Source: a virus (Duplodnaviria > Caudoviricetes). From it: 64,000 nt of DNA. The position numbers were made by a program, and so were the translations under genes. Shown piece by piece: positions 10,964 through 22,686 of the stretch. Every line of letters begins with the position of its first letter. Within the stretch, counting starts at the first letter, position 1. The stretch spans positions 64,001-128,000 of the IMG/VR virus record IMGVR_UViG_3300035499_000522, one strand, 5' to 3'. A model generated the notes under the pieces. That model did no database searches, was not told the origin of the DNA, and worked only from the letters and a program-made list of their open reading frames with translations.

Positions 10964-11203
10964 ATGGACAGTGCTGAATTATCTAATTTTGAATTTTTAG
11001 ATGCTATTACTATTGTTGGCTTCTTGGCTCAACTTGATAATATGGACAAAGATGAGAAAGAAACAGATTACATTCACAAAGTAATTGATTCAATAGCTAA
11101 CGAAATAGAAAAATTACATAAAGAAAATGAAATAATAATTGAATAGAATAATAAAATATTGAAGTTATTAGGAAGAAGTGAGGAATATGGAGCTAACGAA
11201 TAA
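10964..11203 (+). CDS. small hypothetical protein (one TAG)
   Basis: AAGGAG RBS; readthrough IIE(Q)NNKILKLL to TAA. Confidence 0.55.
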
Positions 11204-12365
11204 GCAAGAGCAAGGACTAAAAGCGGTATTAACCAAGTATAAAAATCATTGTAAATATGCAGTGGTATCTGGCTATGCAGGTGCAGGTAAGTCGACATTA
11301 GTACGTTTCATCGTAGAAGCTTTGGATGTGGATGAAGATAAGGTAGCTTATGGCTGCTATACAGGTAAAGCCGCAGAAGTTTTGCGTAAAAAAGGAAATA
11401 AAAATGCTATGACTTTACATAAGCTATTGTATGATAGTATTCCAAAGGCGGGCGGTGGCTTCTTCCGCAAACCAAAAGTATCTTTGGAATATAACATAGT
11501 AATTGTAGATGAGGTTTCTATGGTACCTAAATCTATGGTAGACCTATTGCTAAGTTATAGGGTTTTTGTTATTTTCTTAGGTGACCCCTTTCAGCTGAGC
11601 CAGCTTGATAGAAACGACGCACATCAGCTTTTGGATACCCCTGATATATTCTTGGATGAAGTAATGCGTCAAGCTAAAGAATCTGAAATTATACGTTTAA
11701 CTATGAAAATAAGAAATATGGAAAAATTTAATTCTACTGACCAAGAAGAAGTAATGATTATTCCAAAAGAAGATTTATCAACTGGACATATGAAGTGGGC
11801 AGATATAATTCTTTGTGCTACTAATAATACAAGACATATGATGAATACTCAAATGCGAGAAATACTTGGATATAGTGGAGATATTCAAACAGGAGAAAGA
11901 ATAATTATAAAACGAAACTATTGGGAAGAGTGTAACCTAGATGGAGATGCCCTTGTTAATGGTTCTATTGGTACAATAGAAAATCCATTTGAAAGCTTTG
12001 TTCAACTTCCAAGAACCATAAAAAATGACAGACGTAATTTGCCTTTGTATTGTTGCAACTTTATTCCAGATGGCGGCAGCCCCTTTAATAATTTGGATAT
12101 TGATAAAGATTTTCTTTTAACAGGGCAGCCTTGCGTTGACTGGAGAGTATCTTATCAACTGGGAAGAATGAAGCCAAGTATGAGTGACATTCTCCCAAAG
12201 CAAGCTACTTACGGCTATGCACTTACCGTGCATTCCGCTCAAGGTAGTTAGTGGGATAAAGTTCTAGTAATAGAAGAAAGTTTTCCTTTTGATAAAAAAG
12301 AGCACGCCAGATGGCTTTATACAGCTTGTACAAGAGCAGTTTCTCGTCTTGTTCTTGTAAGATAA
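11187..12365 (+). CDS. Dda/RecD-like SF1B helicase (one TAG at 12249-12251)
   Basis: GYAGAGKST, DEVSMV, GDPFQL, EVMRQ, 'TVHSAQGS(Q)WDKV', 'WLYTACTRA' (last motif only reached by readthrough). Confidence 0.9.
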
Positions 12366-12381
12366 GAATTGGAGAAATATT

Positions 12382-12648
12382 ATGACTAACAATGAAATTT
12401 TAGATAAATATAATTCTAAAGAAATAAATTGTATTTATGGATTTATGTATGGACATAAATATATTAATACTTTTGATAAAGGATTAATTCCTGATAAAAT
12501 TATTAAAATTAATAAAAAAGATTTACAATTAGGTATAAAAAATGATTGCTTTGTTTATGTTTGGGGATACCCGGGTCCAGATGCAAATATTTATAAATTT
12601 GAAGATTATGGAGAAACTTGGGCTTTTACAAAAAAGGAGCTAATATGA
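12382..12648 (+). CDS. hypothetical protein
   Basis: Intact ORF with GGAG RBS. Confidence 0.55.
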   Translation: MTNNEILDKYNSKEINCIYGFMYGHKYINTFDKGLIPDKIIKINKKDLQLGIKNDCFVYVWGYPGPDANIYKFEDYGETWAFTKKELI

Positions 12649-12869
12649 CTGAATTAGAAAATTTTATATATGATATAATGCGAATGAATGAAATAAAAGA
12701 AATGCCTATGCACATAAAACGTAAGGTATATAAAATTTATAAATCAAGATTATTTGATAAATTGGAAAATGAAATGTCTAAAATACTTGAAGATAATTAT
12801 AATAATTACTTTAATAGTTTTGCTAATGTAAATGATATATCTTTAGGTATTCCTGCGACTTTTAATTGA
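12645..12869 (+). CDS. hypothetical protein
   Basis: AAGGAG RBS before ATG (MTELEN...). Confidence 0.45.
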   Translation: MTELENFIYDIMRMNEIKEMPMHIKRKVYKIYKSRLFDKLENEMSKILEDNYNNYFNSFANVNDISLGIPATFN

Positions 12870-12894
12870 AAAATAATATAAAAAATGTTATAAT
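12866..12894 (+). promoter_or_regulatory. sigmaA-type promoter for dnaE
   Basis: TTGAAA-17-TATAAT with TG. Confidence 0.65.
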
Positions 12895-12947
12895 TATAAT
12901 ATAAGAAATGTAATTATAACATTTTTAATTTGAAGAAGGTGAAGCTT

Positions 12948-15453
12948 ATGACCTACCCCGGTAGTATCCATAATCATACTCAAATGTCGAACTTTCGCTT
13001 GAGAGATTGCATCATAAAGGAAGAAGATTTAATCAATAGGGCAATTGAATTAAATCATTCTGTGTTGGCTATCACTGACCATGAATCAATAGCTGCCGCA
13101 GTTAGAGTAGAAAAGTTATATAAGAAAGTTAAAGAAAAAAATATCCCATTGAAAATAATTATGGGAAACGAGATTTATTTATGTAGAGATGGCTTAAATA
13201 ATGAAACTTATGTCCATGGAGAAGATAGGTATTATCATTTTATTCTTTTGAGTAAAGACTTAATTGGTTTTCAACAAATATGTGAACTTTCTACTCGTGC
13301 GTGGATGCGTAGCTATAAAAGTAGAGGTATTAGAAGAGTTCCTACATATTATCAAGATATTGTAGAAGTGATTGGGGCGAATCCCGGTCATGTTATTGGA
13401 ACAACCGCCTGTTTAGGTGGAATGTTGGCAACTCAGCTTCTTAAATATAGGGAAACAGAAGATGAAGTTTTGTGGAAAAAAATTCTTAATTGGTGTAATT
13501 TAATGAAGAATACATTTGGCGGCAAAGATTATTTCTATCTTGAATTACAGCCTTCTGAATCAAAAGAGCAAAGTTACGTCAATAGAAAATTAATTGAAAT
13601 TTCTTCAATATTAGACATAGATTATATTATAACAACGGATACACATTATTTAACCAAAGAAGATAGACCTATCCATAAAGCTTATTTAAATTCACAAGAT
13701 GGCGATAGAGAAGTCGATTCTTTTTATGCAACAACTTATCTTATGGATACAGAAGAACTTGAATCTCATTTAGAGCTTTCAAGAGAAGAATTAGATAAGG
13801 CTTATAATAACATTTTAAAAATTCAAAATCTTTGTGAAGATTATTCAATATTAAAGCCTTTAAAAATTCCAAGCTTAAAATGGAATGATTATAGTTACAT
13901 TGACGTTACAGAAGATTGGTTTGAAAAAATTCCTTATTTAAGAACTTTTTACAATTCAGATTTTATTGGAGATAGAGTCTTAGTAAAAGCAACAATAGAT
14001 GGAATTAATAAGCATTATGATTTGCAGAATAAAGAAGCATATAATGAAATAAATAGCAATCTTGAAATGACTTGGATTTCATCTAATGTAAACAAAGCAC
14101 ATTGGTCAGCTTATTATCTTAATCTTCAAAAAATAATTGATTTGTGTTGGGAAGCAGATTCAATCGTAGGTCCGGGACGTGGCTCTGGCGTTGGTTTTAT
14201 TCTTCTTTATGCTTTAGGAATTACGCAAATTAATCCTTTGCGGGAAACTACAAAGACATTCTCTTGGAGATTCCTTAACCCAGAGCGTGTATCAGTATTG
14301 GATATAGATTTTGATATTGAAGGTTCTAAGAGAGATGCTGTTCTTCATAAGTTTAGAGAATTTTACGGTGAAGATAGAGTAGCAAATGTTACAACATTCA
14401 GAACAGAAAAATCAAAATCAGCAATACTTACTGCCGCAAGAGGATTAGGAATTGATAACGATACGGCTCAGTATCTTGCAAGTTTAATTCCCTCAGATAG
14501 AGGACAGTTAAGAACTTTAAAAGAAGTTTATTATGGAGATGTCGAAAAAGATTTCAAACCTGTTTCAGCTTTTGTTAATGCTATGAATAATGAGTATCAA
14601 GATTTATGGCAAGTAGCACAAAAGATTGAAGGATTAATATGCGGAACTGGTGTACACGCAGGTGGAGTAATTTTTGTAGATGAGCCTTTTACATTATCTA
14701 CTGCATTAATGAGGGCACCAGATGGTACTATTTGTACACAGTTTGACCTCCACGATGCAGAAGATGTGAGCCTTATTAAGTATGACGCACTTTCAGTCGA
14801 GGCTATGGATAAAATACACGCTTGCTTAGATTTGCTTTGTGAACATAATTATATAGCAAAAGAAAAAACATTAAAAGAAACTTATGAAAAAGCTATTGGA
14901 ATATATAAGTTGGATAGAGATTCCGAAGATATGTGGGAAATGATTTGGAATCATAAAGTGCTTGACTTGTTCCAAATGGAAAAACAAAGCGGCGTTCAAG
15001 GTATCGCATTGGCTAAGCCAAAAAGTGTAAATGATTTAAGTGTACTTAATTCAGTTATTCGATTAATGGCACCTGATAAAGATAGTGATACTCCTTTGGT
15101 AACTTGGTCTAAGTACAGAGAGAATATTAATCTTTGGATAGCTGAAATGAGAAGATATGGATTATCAGAAGACGAAATAGATTGGCTTAGTCATCATTCT
15201 GCTGTAACACAAGGCATCTGTGAATCACAAGAAGGACTGATGCAACTCGTACAAGAGCCAAGATTAGGCGGCAATTCATTGAATTTTGCTGACCGTTGCC
15301 GCAAAGGCATAGCTAAAAAACAAGGCAAATTATTTCAAGAATGTGAAGATGAATTTTACGAGAATATAAAAAAGAATAATTGTTCTGAGAAACTTGCACA
15401 TTATGTTTGGGATGAATTACTCAAGGTACAGCGTGGCTACTCGTTTAACAGGT
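12948..15453 (+). CDS. dnaE: DNA polymerase III alpha subunit (family C), exon 1
   Basis: PHP 'HNHT', 'AITDHE', 'GPGRGSG', catalytic 'DIDFD', 'HAGG'; ends GYSFNR + T at the splice site. Confidence 0.92.
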
Positions 15454-16654
15454 TGTTGTGGCCTGTACAAGCTTAACCGTTTATCAACGGGGTTAGAAAT
15501 AATTAGGTATTGGTAGTACCTGTTTCTAGCTAACGAGGGTAAAATCTCGTGTCAAATGAAAAGTAAATTAAATAAATAAGAAAGGAGGAATTTTATGGTT
15601 ATTTATAAGATGACTAATAAAATTAATGGAAAATGTTATATTGGTCAAACTAAGAATTTTAAAATTAGAATGAATGGACATAAATCAGAAGCTTTCAATC
15701 CTAATGCAGTAGGATATAAATATCCATTATCTAATGCAATTAGAAAATATGGGTGGGAAAATTTTGAGAATACTATTATTGAAGAAATTGACCCAACAGA
15801 ATCTTACGAATATGTAGATGAAAGGGAAAGATTTTATATATCTTATTATAAGTCTTTATCTAATGAAAATGGATATAATATTACTCTTGGAGGACAAGGA
15901 TGTCCAAAAAAACCCTTAACATATGAAGAACGCCTTCAATTAAGTAATATATTTAAAGCTGATGAAATTAAAGATATTCAACAAATGCTTAAAAATGGAG
16001 AACAAACAACCACTATTCGAGAAAAATATTATCCAAGACTTTCTGTAAGTTTTCTTGATAATATTAACAAAGGATTAAATTTTAGAAATAAAGAATGGAC
16101 ATATCCACTTCGTGCAGAAGATATATCTCGTTCTAATTATTTTACTTCTCAAGAAATAAAAGATATTAAACAAGATATTAAAGACAATATGACTTATAAA
16201 GAAATTTCTGAGAAATGGAATATAAGTTTAGGAATGCTTTCTGGTATTAATAATGGTTCTATTTGGCATGATAATAATGAAAAATATCCTTTATGTATAA
16301 AGAGTCATTCTAGAAAACAAAATCTTGAAACTTGGGTTAAATCAGTTCAATATGATTTAATGAATAGTAATTTACCTATGACAGAAATTGCTAAAAAATA
16401 TGATAAAGCATATAGCACAATTAAAAAAATAAATTATGGTCAATCGCACCATAATCCTGAATATCTTTATCCTTTAACTAAAAATAGAAAAAACTAATTT
16501 ACTTTTCAAAATGATGTATCGACTATCTGGGGTTAGACCCAGAGTACTGGAACTATTGATACGTTCTGGGAAATAGCTTGCGGCCCACGAGCCAAACTAC
16601 CAAATTGACTCGTCATAGAAAGGCTGTAAAAAATAGTCAGTTTTTAACAAAATG
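15454..16654 (+). mobile_element. group I intron in dnaE
   Basis: P1 ACAGGU/GCCUGU with U.G at the 5' splice site; P10 UGUG/CACA; P7 GACTAT...ATAGTC; terminal G; splicing restores GYSFNRSHCLAYS. Confidence 0.9.
15595..16497 (+). CDS. intron-encoded GIY-YIG homing endonuclease with three C-terminal repeats
   Basis: 'VIYKMTNKINGKCYIGQT..RMNGH', 'ERFYI', 'GYNIT.GG'; AAGGAGG RBS; no TAG. Confidence 0.9.
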   Translation: MVIYKMTNKINGKCYIGQTKNFKIRMNGHKSEAFNPNAVGYKYPLSNAIRKYGWENFENTIIEEIDPTESYEYVDERERFYISYYKSLSNENGYNITLGGQGCPKKPLTYEERLQLSNIFKADEIKDIQQMLKNGEQTTTIREKYYPRLSVSFLDNINKGLNFRNKEWTYPLRAEDISRSNYFTSQEIKDIKQDIKDNMTYKEISEKWNISLGMLSGINNGSIWHDNNEKYPLCIKSHSRKQNLETWVKSVQYDLMNSNLPMTEIAKKYDKAYSTIKKINYGQSHHNPEYLYPLTKNRKN

Positions 16655-18012
16655 CACACTGCCTCGCTTACTCTCTGGTTGGTCTGCAAGAAATGAATTT
16701 AGCTTATAAAAATCCAACTTTATTTTGGAATTGTGCGTGTCTAATATCTAATAGTGGTTCTCTTGAAGATAAAGGAACTACTGATTATAATAAAATGGCT
16801 AAGGCATTGGGCAATATTATTTCCGCAGGAATTAACATATCTTTGATAGATATTAATAAATCAAAAGCAAGTTTTGAACCAAATGTTGAAGATAATAAAA
16901 TTCTTTTTGGTTTAAAAGCATTAAGTGGAATTAACTCTGAAACTATTGAAAAAATAGAACAAGGTCGTCCATATAGTGGAATAGTAGATTTTATGCGACG
17001 TTGCCCCCTTACAAAGACAACTATGATTTCCCTTATTAAAGCAGGAGCTTTTGATGAATTAGATAATCATTGGGCTTCTGAAATTAACAAAAAAGAACCA
17101 AGAAAAGTTATTATGGCTTATTATATTTCAAAAGTAAGTGAGCCAAAAACAAGAATAACATTACAAAATTTCAATGGATTGATTCAAAGAGGACTTATCC
17201 CAGAAGAATTGTCACCAGTAGTTAAAGTATTTAGTTTCAATAAATTTTTAAAAGAACATATGAAGTATAAAACTTATTATATATTCAATAGCACTTGTCT
17301 TAAATATTATTCAGATAATTTCAGTCAAGAGAAAATAGAAATTGTAAATGGCAATCCTTGTATTCTTCAAACTGAATGGGATAAAATATATCAGAATGAA
17401 ATGAACAAAGCAAGAGAATGGATAAGTAATAATCAAGCAGAAATACTTAAAAATCTTAATATGTCTTTGTTCAAAGAATCTTGGGATAAATATGCTTCAG
17501 GAAGCATTTCACATTGGGAAATGGAATCTGTATGTTTCTATTATCACGAGCACGAACTCATTAATGTAAATAATAAAAAATATGGTATAGTAGATTTTTC
17601 AAGTCTTTCCGCAGATTCAGAAGTAGAAAAAACATTTAGAAAAAATGGCAGAAGTATTCCTATTTTTAAACTTTCTAAAATAGCAGGTACAGTTATTAGT
17701 AAAGATGATAATCATTCCACAGTAACTTTATTAACAACAACAGGAGTAGTTGATGTAAAATTTTCAAAAGAATATTATGCAAATTACAATAAACAAATTT
17801 CAGAAAAAAATGATGACGGTACTAAATCAGTAGTTGAAAAAAGTTGGTTTAAACGTGGTGAAAAACTTTTGATTACAGGATTTAGAAGAGATGAGCAATT
17901 TGTAGCAAAAACATATGCGGCAACTATTGGACATCAGCTTTATAAAATAACAGACATTAATGAAGAAACTGGCGATATTACAGTAATACATGAAAGGGCG
18001 GAAGTAGCTTAA
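16655..18012 (+). CDS. dnaE: DNA polymerase III alpha subunit, exon 2
   Basis: 'HCLAYSLVGLQEMNLAY', 'DINKS', 'FGLKALSGI', 'LIKAGAFD', OB-fold C-terminus. Confidence 0.9.
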
Positions 18013-18566
18013 TGGAGGAATGTAAACTTATAGCTTTATTTGGTGAAAGTGGCTCTGGCAAGGATACTATTCTTAAAAAAGTTATGGATTATGACGAAGA
18101 AACTGGACTTCATAAATTCCATAAAATAGTTAAATATACATCAAGACCCAAAAGACTTGGAGAGATAGATGGAGAGGACTACATATTCCGTAGTCCCAAT
18201 ATCTTTCCTTTTGAACAAATGGTAGCAACTTCAACTTTTAATAAAGATTGGTATTATGGAGTTAATAATAATAGCTTTAAAAATGATAAAATAAATATTG
18301 GAGTATTTGATATTACAACTATTGAACAACTTATAGAAAATACTAATTATAAAATCTCACCAGTAAGAATTAAATGTAAAGATGAAATAAGATTAACAAG
18401 AGCCATTAAAAGAGAAGAACATCCAAATTGTGTAGAAATATGCAGAAGATTTTTGGCAGATAAAGAAGATTTTAACAATTTAACTTTTAATTATTGGACA
18501 ATGTATAATAATAATACTCAAGATTTAAAGCTAACAGTAACAGATTTATATAATTTCTTTGATTAA
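18012..18566 (+). CDS. gmk: guanylate kinase-like protein
   Basis: GESGSGKDT; 'YTSRPKRLGEIDGEDYIF', 'WYYG'. Confidence 0.8.
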   Translation: MEECKLIALFGESGSGKDTILKKVMDYDEETGLHKFHKIVKYTSRPKRLGEIDGEDYIFRSPNIFPFEQMVATSTFNKDWYYGVNNNSFKNDKINIGVFDITTIEQLIENTNYKISPVRIKCKDEIRLTRAIKREEHPNCVEICRRFLADKEDFNNLTFNYWTMYNNNTQDLKLTVTDLYNFFD

Positions 18567-18650
18567 AAAGTTATTTATAATATAAACCTATTTTGGAGGA
18601 AGTAACTCTCCTTCACTGGTTAATCCAAAACAAACAAGGAGTTAAAAATT

Positions 18651-20813
18651 ATGTATTTTATTAAAGAAAATGGAACAAAAGTAAAATTTGACAAAAGCAA
18701 AATCAAAAAAGCCATAATTGCGGCAATGCGTGATGGCGGTGTTTATCTGCCTGATATTGCTCGTATCATAGCTAATGATTCGGAAGCTTATTTTCAGAAG
18801 AACTATCCAATAGATAATGATGGAAGTATTTCAGTAACAAGAGAACAAGTTGATAAGTATATTTTTGATAGACTTATTCATTATGGGCAAAATTTGACAG
18901 CAAAATCTTATGAGGACTTTAAGACATTAAGAAAATATCAAAAGCAAGTAATGGATACTGATGAATCTATTATTAGCTTAATTGAAAATAAAAATGAATT
19001 AGTTCAAGATGAAAATTCTAATAAAGATGCTAAAGTCAATTCAACAGTAAGAGATTTAGTTGCAGGAGAAATTTCTAAATCTATTTCTCGTAGAAAAATG
19101 ATTCCCGCCCATCTTATTCACGCACACGATGAAGGTATTATTCATATTCATGACCTTGACTATTATCTTCAGCCAATGTCTAATTGCTGTCTTGTAAACA
19201 TAAAAGATATGTTGAATAACGGAACAGTAATTAATGGAGTTAAAGTAGAAAGACCTCATAGTATAAGAGTTGCTGCAACAGTAGCTACACAAATAATGGC
19301 GGCAGTTGCTTCCTCGCAGTTTGGAGGTCAGACAGTTTCCACTGCACATCTTGCTCCTTTTGTTAGAGAAAGCTATGTTAGATATCTTGAAGAAGCAAAA
19401 AAAGAATTAAATGATTTAAAAGATTATCCAGAATTTGAAAATACAGTAAAGAAAATTGCAGAATCACGTACAAAGAAAGCTGTATCAGATGCAGTACAAA
19501 CTTTACAATATCAAATTAATACACTTTGTACTTCCAATGGTCAAACACCTTTTGTTTCTATATATATGGAAATTAATGAAGAACCTGAATACGTAAAAGA
19601 AAATGCTATGCTAATTGAAGAAATTATTAAGCAGCGTTATCAAGGTTTAAAAGATAGAGAAGGTCACTGGATTACTGCTAGCTTTCCCAAGCTTTTATAC
19701 GTCCTCGACGACTATAATACATATGAAGGTTCTGAATATTTTTATATTACAGAAGCAGCCGCAAAATGTAGTGCAAAAAGATTAGTTCCAGACTATATTA
19801 GTGCTAAGCAAATGAGAAAAAATACTGGCGGTTATGTGTACCCTTGTATGGGCTGCCGCAGCTTCTTATCACCTTGGTTTGATGAAAATGGCAATGCCAA
19901 ATTCTACGGAAGATGGAACGGTGGAGTTGTAACAGTAAACTTAGTAGACGCTGCGTTATCAGCAGAAGGTGATTTAGACGAGTTCTGGAGAATCCTTAAA
20001 GATAGATGCCAGCTTTGTAAAGAATCTTTACTTTTGAGAATTCAAAAGCTTGAAAAAGCAACTCCAGATGTTGCTCCTATTCTTTGGAGAGATGGAGCAT
20101 TGGCTAGACTTAAAAAGGGAGAAACAATAGATTCAATGACACAGAATGGCTATTGTTCTTTAAGTTTAGGATATATAGGAATTGCAGAAGCTTGCTATGC
20201 CCTTATTGGTGAAAGTAATACATCAGAAGAAGGTAGTAAGTTGGCTTTGGATATAATTAAATTTTTAAATAATTTATGTGCAGAGTGGAAAAAAGATACA
20301 GGATATGGATTCTCGTTATATGGCTCTCCTGCAGAATCTACTACATATACTTTTGCTAAAACAACTAAGAATCGCTTTGGCGAAATCCCTAATGTTACAG
20401 ATAAATTATATCTTACCAATAGCTATCATGTAAAGGTTACTGAACCTATTGATGCTTTTTCTAAACTTAAATTTGAATCGCAATTTCAGAAATACTCTAA
20501 TGGCGGTTGCATTTCATATGTAGAAATACCTAATATGCAGAACAATATTCCTGCTGTTATTCAATTAATTCAGTATATTTATGAAAATATTCAATATGCA
20601 GAATTAAATTGTAAATCTGATAAATGCGAAAACTGCGGCTATGAGGGAGAAATAATTACAGATGAAAATCTTGAATGGTATTGCCCACAGTGTGGATGCA
20701 AAGACCATGACTTAATCCACGTTGCACGACGGACTTGTGGCTACTTGGGGTCAAATTTCTGGAATAAAGGTAGGACGCAGGAAATAACCGAGAGAGTTGT
20801 CCACTTAGACTGA
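18651..20813 (+). CDS. nrdD: anaerobic ribonucleoside-triphosphate reductase (class III) with ATP cone
   Basis: 'IHIHDLDY', 'NCC', 'QFGGQ', 'MGCRSFL', CxxC-CxxC, 'RRTCGYLG' glycyl-radical loop; ends TGA. Confidence 0.96.
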   Translation: MYFIKENGTKVKFDKSKIKKAIIAAMRDGGVYLPDIARIIANDSEAYFQKNYPIDNDGSISVTREQVDKYIFDRLIHYGQNLTAKSYEDFKTLRKYQKQVMDTDESIISLIENKNELVQDENSNKDAKVNSTVRDLVAGEISKSISRRKMIPAHLIHAHDEGIIHIHDLDYYLQPMSNCCLVNIKDMLNNGTVINGVKVERPHSIRVAATVATQIMAAVASSQFGGQTVSTAHLAPFVRESYVRYLEEAKKELNDLKDYPEFENTVKKIAESRTKKAVSDAVQTLQYQINTLCTSNGQTPFVSIYMEINEEPEYVKENAMLIEEIIKQRYQGLKDREGHWITASFPKLLYVLDDYNTYEGSEYFYITEAAAKCSAKRLVPDYISAKQMRKNTGGYVYPCMGCRSFLSPWFDENGNAKFYGRWNGGVVTVNLVDAALSAEGDLDEFWRILKDRCQLCKESLLLRIQKLEKATPDVAPILWRDGALARLKKGETIDSMTQNGYCSLSLGYIGIAEACYALIGESNTSEEGSKLALDIIKFLNNLCAEWKKDTGYGFSLYGSPAESTTYTFAKTTKNRFGEIPNVTDKLYLTNSYHVKVTEPIDAFSKLKFESQFQKYSNGGCISYVEIPNMQNNIPAVIQLIQYIYENIQYAELNCKSDKCENCGYEGEIITDENLEWYCPQCGCKDHDLIHVARRTCGYLGSNFWNKGRTQEITERVVHLD

Positions 20814-20832
20814 GGTACAGGAGATATTATCA

Positions 20833-21306
20833 ATGAGAATTGCAGGAATTAAATATAACGATATAGTAGATGGCGAAGGAGTATGTGTTTCACTTTGGAC
20901 ACAAGGCTGTGTCTTTCATTGCAAAGGATGCCATAACCCAGAAACTTGGGATTTTAATGGTGGAAAAGAAATAGATAAAGAAATTTTAATCAACAATATA
21001 ATTACTGCAATATCAATTAATAATGTTCAGCGTAACTTTTCAATATTGGGCGGAGAACCCCTCTGCCCGCAAAACGCTGAAAATGTTATTGATATTATAA
21101 CTGCTGTAAGAGAAAAATATCCAGATATAAAAATCTTCATATGGACTGGCTATAAATATGAAAATCTTCCTTCCGCAATTAAAGAAGGAATATCTAAAGT
21201 TGATTATATAATAGATGGACAGTATGAAGAAGATAAAAGAGATATTGCTCTTTATCTCAGAGGAAGCACTAATCAACGCATATTAAAAAGAAATATTGAT
21301 TTTTAA
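20833..21306 (+). CDS. nrdG: anaerobic RNR activating protein (radical SAM)
   Basis: 'QGCVFHCKGCHNPETW', 'LGGEP', 'RGSTNQ'. Confidence 0.95.
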   Translation: MRIAGIKYNDIVDGEGVCVSLWTQGCVFHCKGCHNPETWDFNGGKEIDKEILINNIITAISINNVQRNFSILGGEPLCPQNAENVIDIITAVREKYPDIKIFIWTGYKYENLPSAIKEGISKVDYIIDGQYEEDKRDIALYLRGSTNQRILKRNIDF

Positions 21307-21324
21307 AAATATTTATGTTATAAT
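21296..21324 (+). promoter_or_regulatory. sigmaA-type promoter
   Basis: TTGATT-17-TATAAT with TG. Confidence 0.6.
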
Positions 21325-21357
21325 ATATATAGAAAAGATAAAAAAGGAGAAAAGAGA

Positions 21358-21729
21358 ATGGCTGATATTAGCACAGGTACTCTTTATGAAATTAATAAAA
21401 GCATAATGGCTAAAGAGCCAATATTGACTGCAAAGCAAATAATAGAAAAAGAAAAATTGCTTGTAGAATATTTTAATGATACTTCAAAAACTTATTATAT
21501 GCTTTTGAATAAAGAATTAAGTGATTATACAGTACTTCGCTTAGCAGATAAGAATTTTATTCATTCAGGTTTTGCCGCCAAAGAAATTATTGGTTGTGCA
21601 AACAATAGAGGAAAAATTCAGGCTATTGATAAGAATGAAAACAATGCTATTGAAATATGGATTATGATAAATAAAGAATCTTATGTATATTATTTGTTCC
21701 CATATGATGAAGGAGTAATTGAATGTTAA
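21358..21729 (+). CDS. hypothetical protein
   Basis: Intact ORF with AAGGAG RBS. Confidence 0.6.
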   Translation: MADISTGTLYEINKSIMAKEPILTAKQIIEKEKLLVEYFNDTSKTYYMLLNKELSDYTVLRLADKNFIHSGFAAKEIIGCANNRGKIQAIDKNENNAIEIWIMINKESYVYYLFPYDEGVIEC

Positions 21730-22007
21730 AAGCAGTATGTAATATAAAAACATCTACTATTAAAGATAAATTTTATATAGTTAATGAAGATAATAATGAA
21801 ATTATATTTTCACAAGAATATAATTTATTAGATATTCTTGAATATACTGACTTTTTAGATATGATTCATTTGTATAATTGCAAAGAAATAAATCTATATG
21901 GAAATATGAAATATATAAAGCATCATAAACAAAGAATACAGAGTGATTTAGATGATAGATATGGTAAAAATTCTATTGTTGTAACCGCAAGTGAGGTAAA
22001 TAAATGA
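21723..22007 (+). CDS. hypothetical protein
   Basis: Intact ORF overlapping both neighbours. Confidence 0.5.
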   Translation: MLKAVCNIKTSTIKDKFYIVNEDNNEIIFSQEYNLLDILEYTDFLDMIHLYNCKEINLYGNMKYIKHHKQRIQSDLDDRYGKNSIVVTASEVNK

Positions 22008-22252
22008 TTAAGCATTTGATTAAAACAACTGAAACATATAGAATAGATAATGATGAAAATGTAAAAAGCTTTTTGGAAGAGCTTAAACGTGACCCCAATT
22101 TTGAATTGGCTAAATATAGTAGTACAAAAAAAGTAGCCAAAGAAAAGGGTGAAATTGTGGATGAATGGATTCATCTTGAAGTAACCAAGATATTTGATGA
22201 TGAAAAAATGCCTATGAACGATATTGAAATTTCATATAATGCAGGAGAATAA
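22004..22252 (+). CDS. hypothetical protein
   Basis: GAGG RBS, ATGA overlap. Confidence 0.6.
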   Translation: MIKHLIKTTETYRIDNDENVKSFLEELKRDPNFELAKYSSTKKVAKEKGEIVDEWIHLEVTKIFDDEKMPMNDIEISYNAGE

Positions 22253-22254
22253 AA

Positions 22255-22686
22255 ATGACTGTAAAATTTATAAAAAATCTTTCTAATGCAAAAACACCAA
22301 CAAGAGGAAGTGAATATGCGGCAGGATATGACCTTTATTCAGCTGAATCTGGTTTTGTTCCTCCTCATTCTACTAAAACCTTTAATACTGGTATTGCTAT
22401 TGAATTGCCTGAGAATACTTTTGGTGGAATATTCGCAAGAAGCGGATTAGCAACAAAGGAAGGGCTTCGTCCAGCTAACTGTGTAGGCGTCATTGACCAA
22501 GATTATAGGGGAAATATAATCGTTGCACTTCATAATGATAGTGATGAAGTTAAGGAAGTCACAGATGGAGAAAGAATTGCTCAATTGGTAATTTTACCAT
22601 ATATTTCAGTAGAATTTGAAGAGGTGGATAAGCTTGAAGAAACAGCGAGAGCAGCTGGTGGATTCGGAAGCACAGGTAAAAACTAA
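22255..22686 (+). CDS. dut: trimeric dUTPase
   Basis: 'AAGYDL', 'RSGLA', 'GVIDQDYRG', 'GERIAQ', 'GGFGSTG'. Confidence 0.96.
   Translation: MTVKFIKNLSNAKTPTRGSEYAAGYDLYSAESGFVPPHSTKTFNTGIAIELPENTFGGIFARSGLATKEGLRPANCVGVIDQDYRGNIIVALHNDSDEVKEVTDGERIAQLVILPYISVEFEEVDKLEETARAAGGFGSTGKN

Noticed and set aside
15454-16654. Intein or naturally split dnaE
   Set aside because: The insertion contains stops and has group I P1/P7/P10 elements; no intein splice motifs.
2096-20813. TGA reassignment as well (code 4/25)
   Set aside because: TGA terminates genes at natural C-termini (nrdD, ligase) and in ATGA overlaps; no in-frame TGA was needed.
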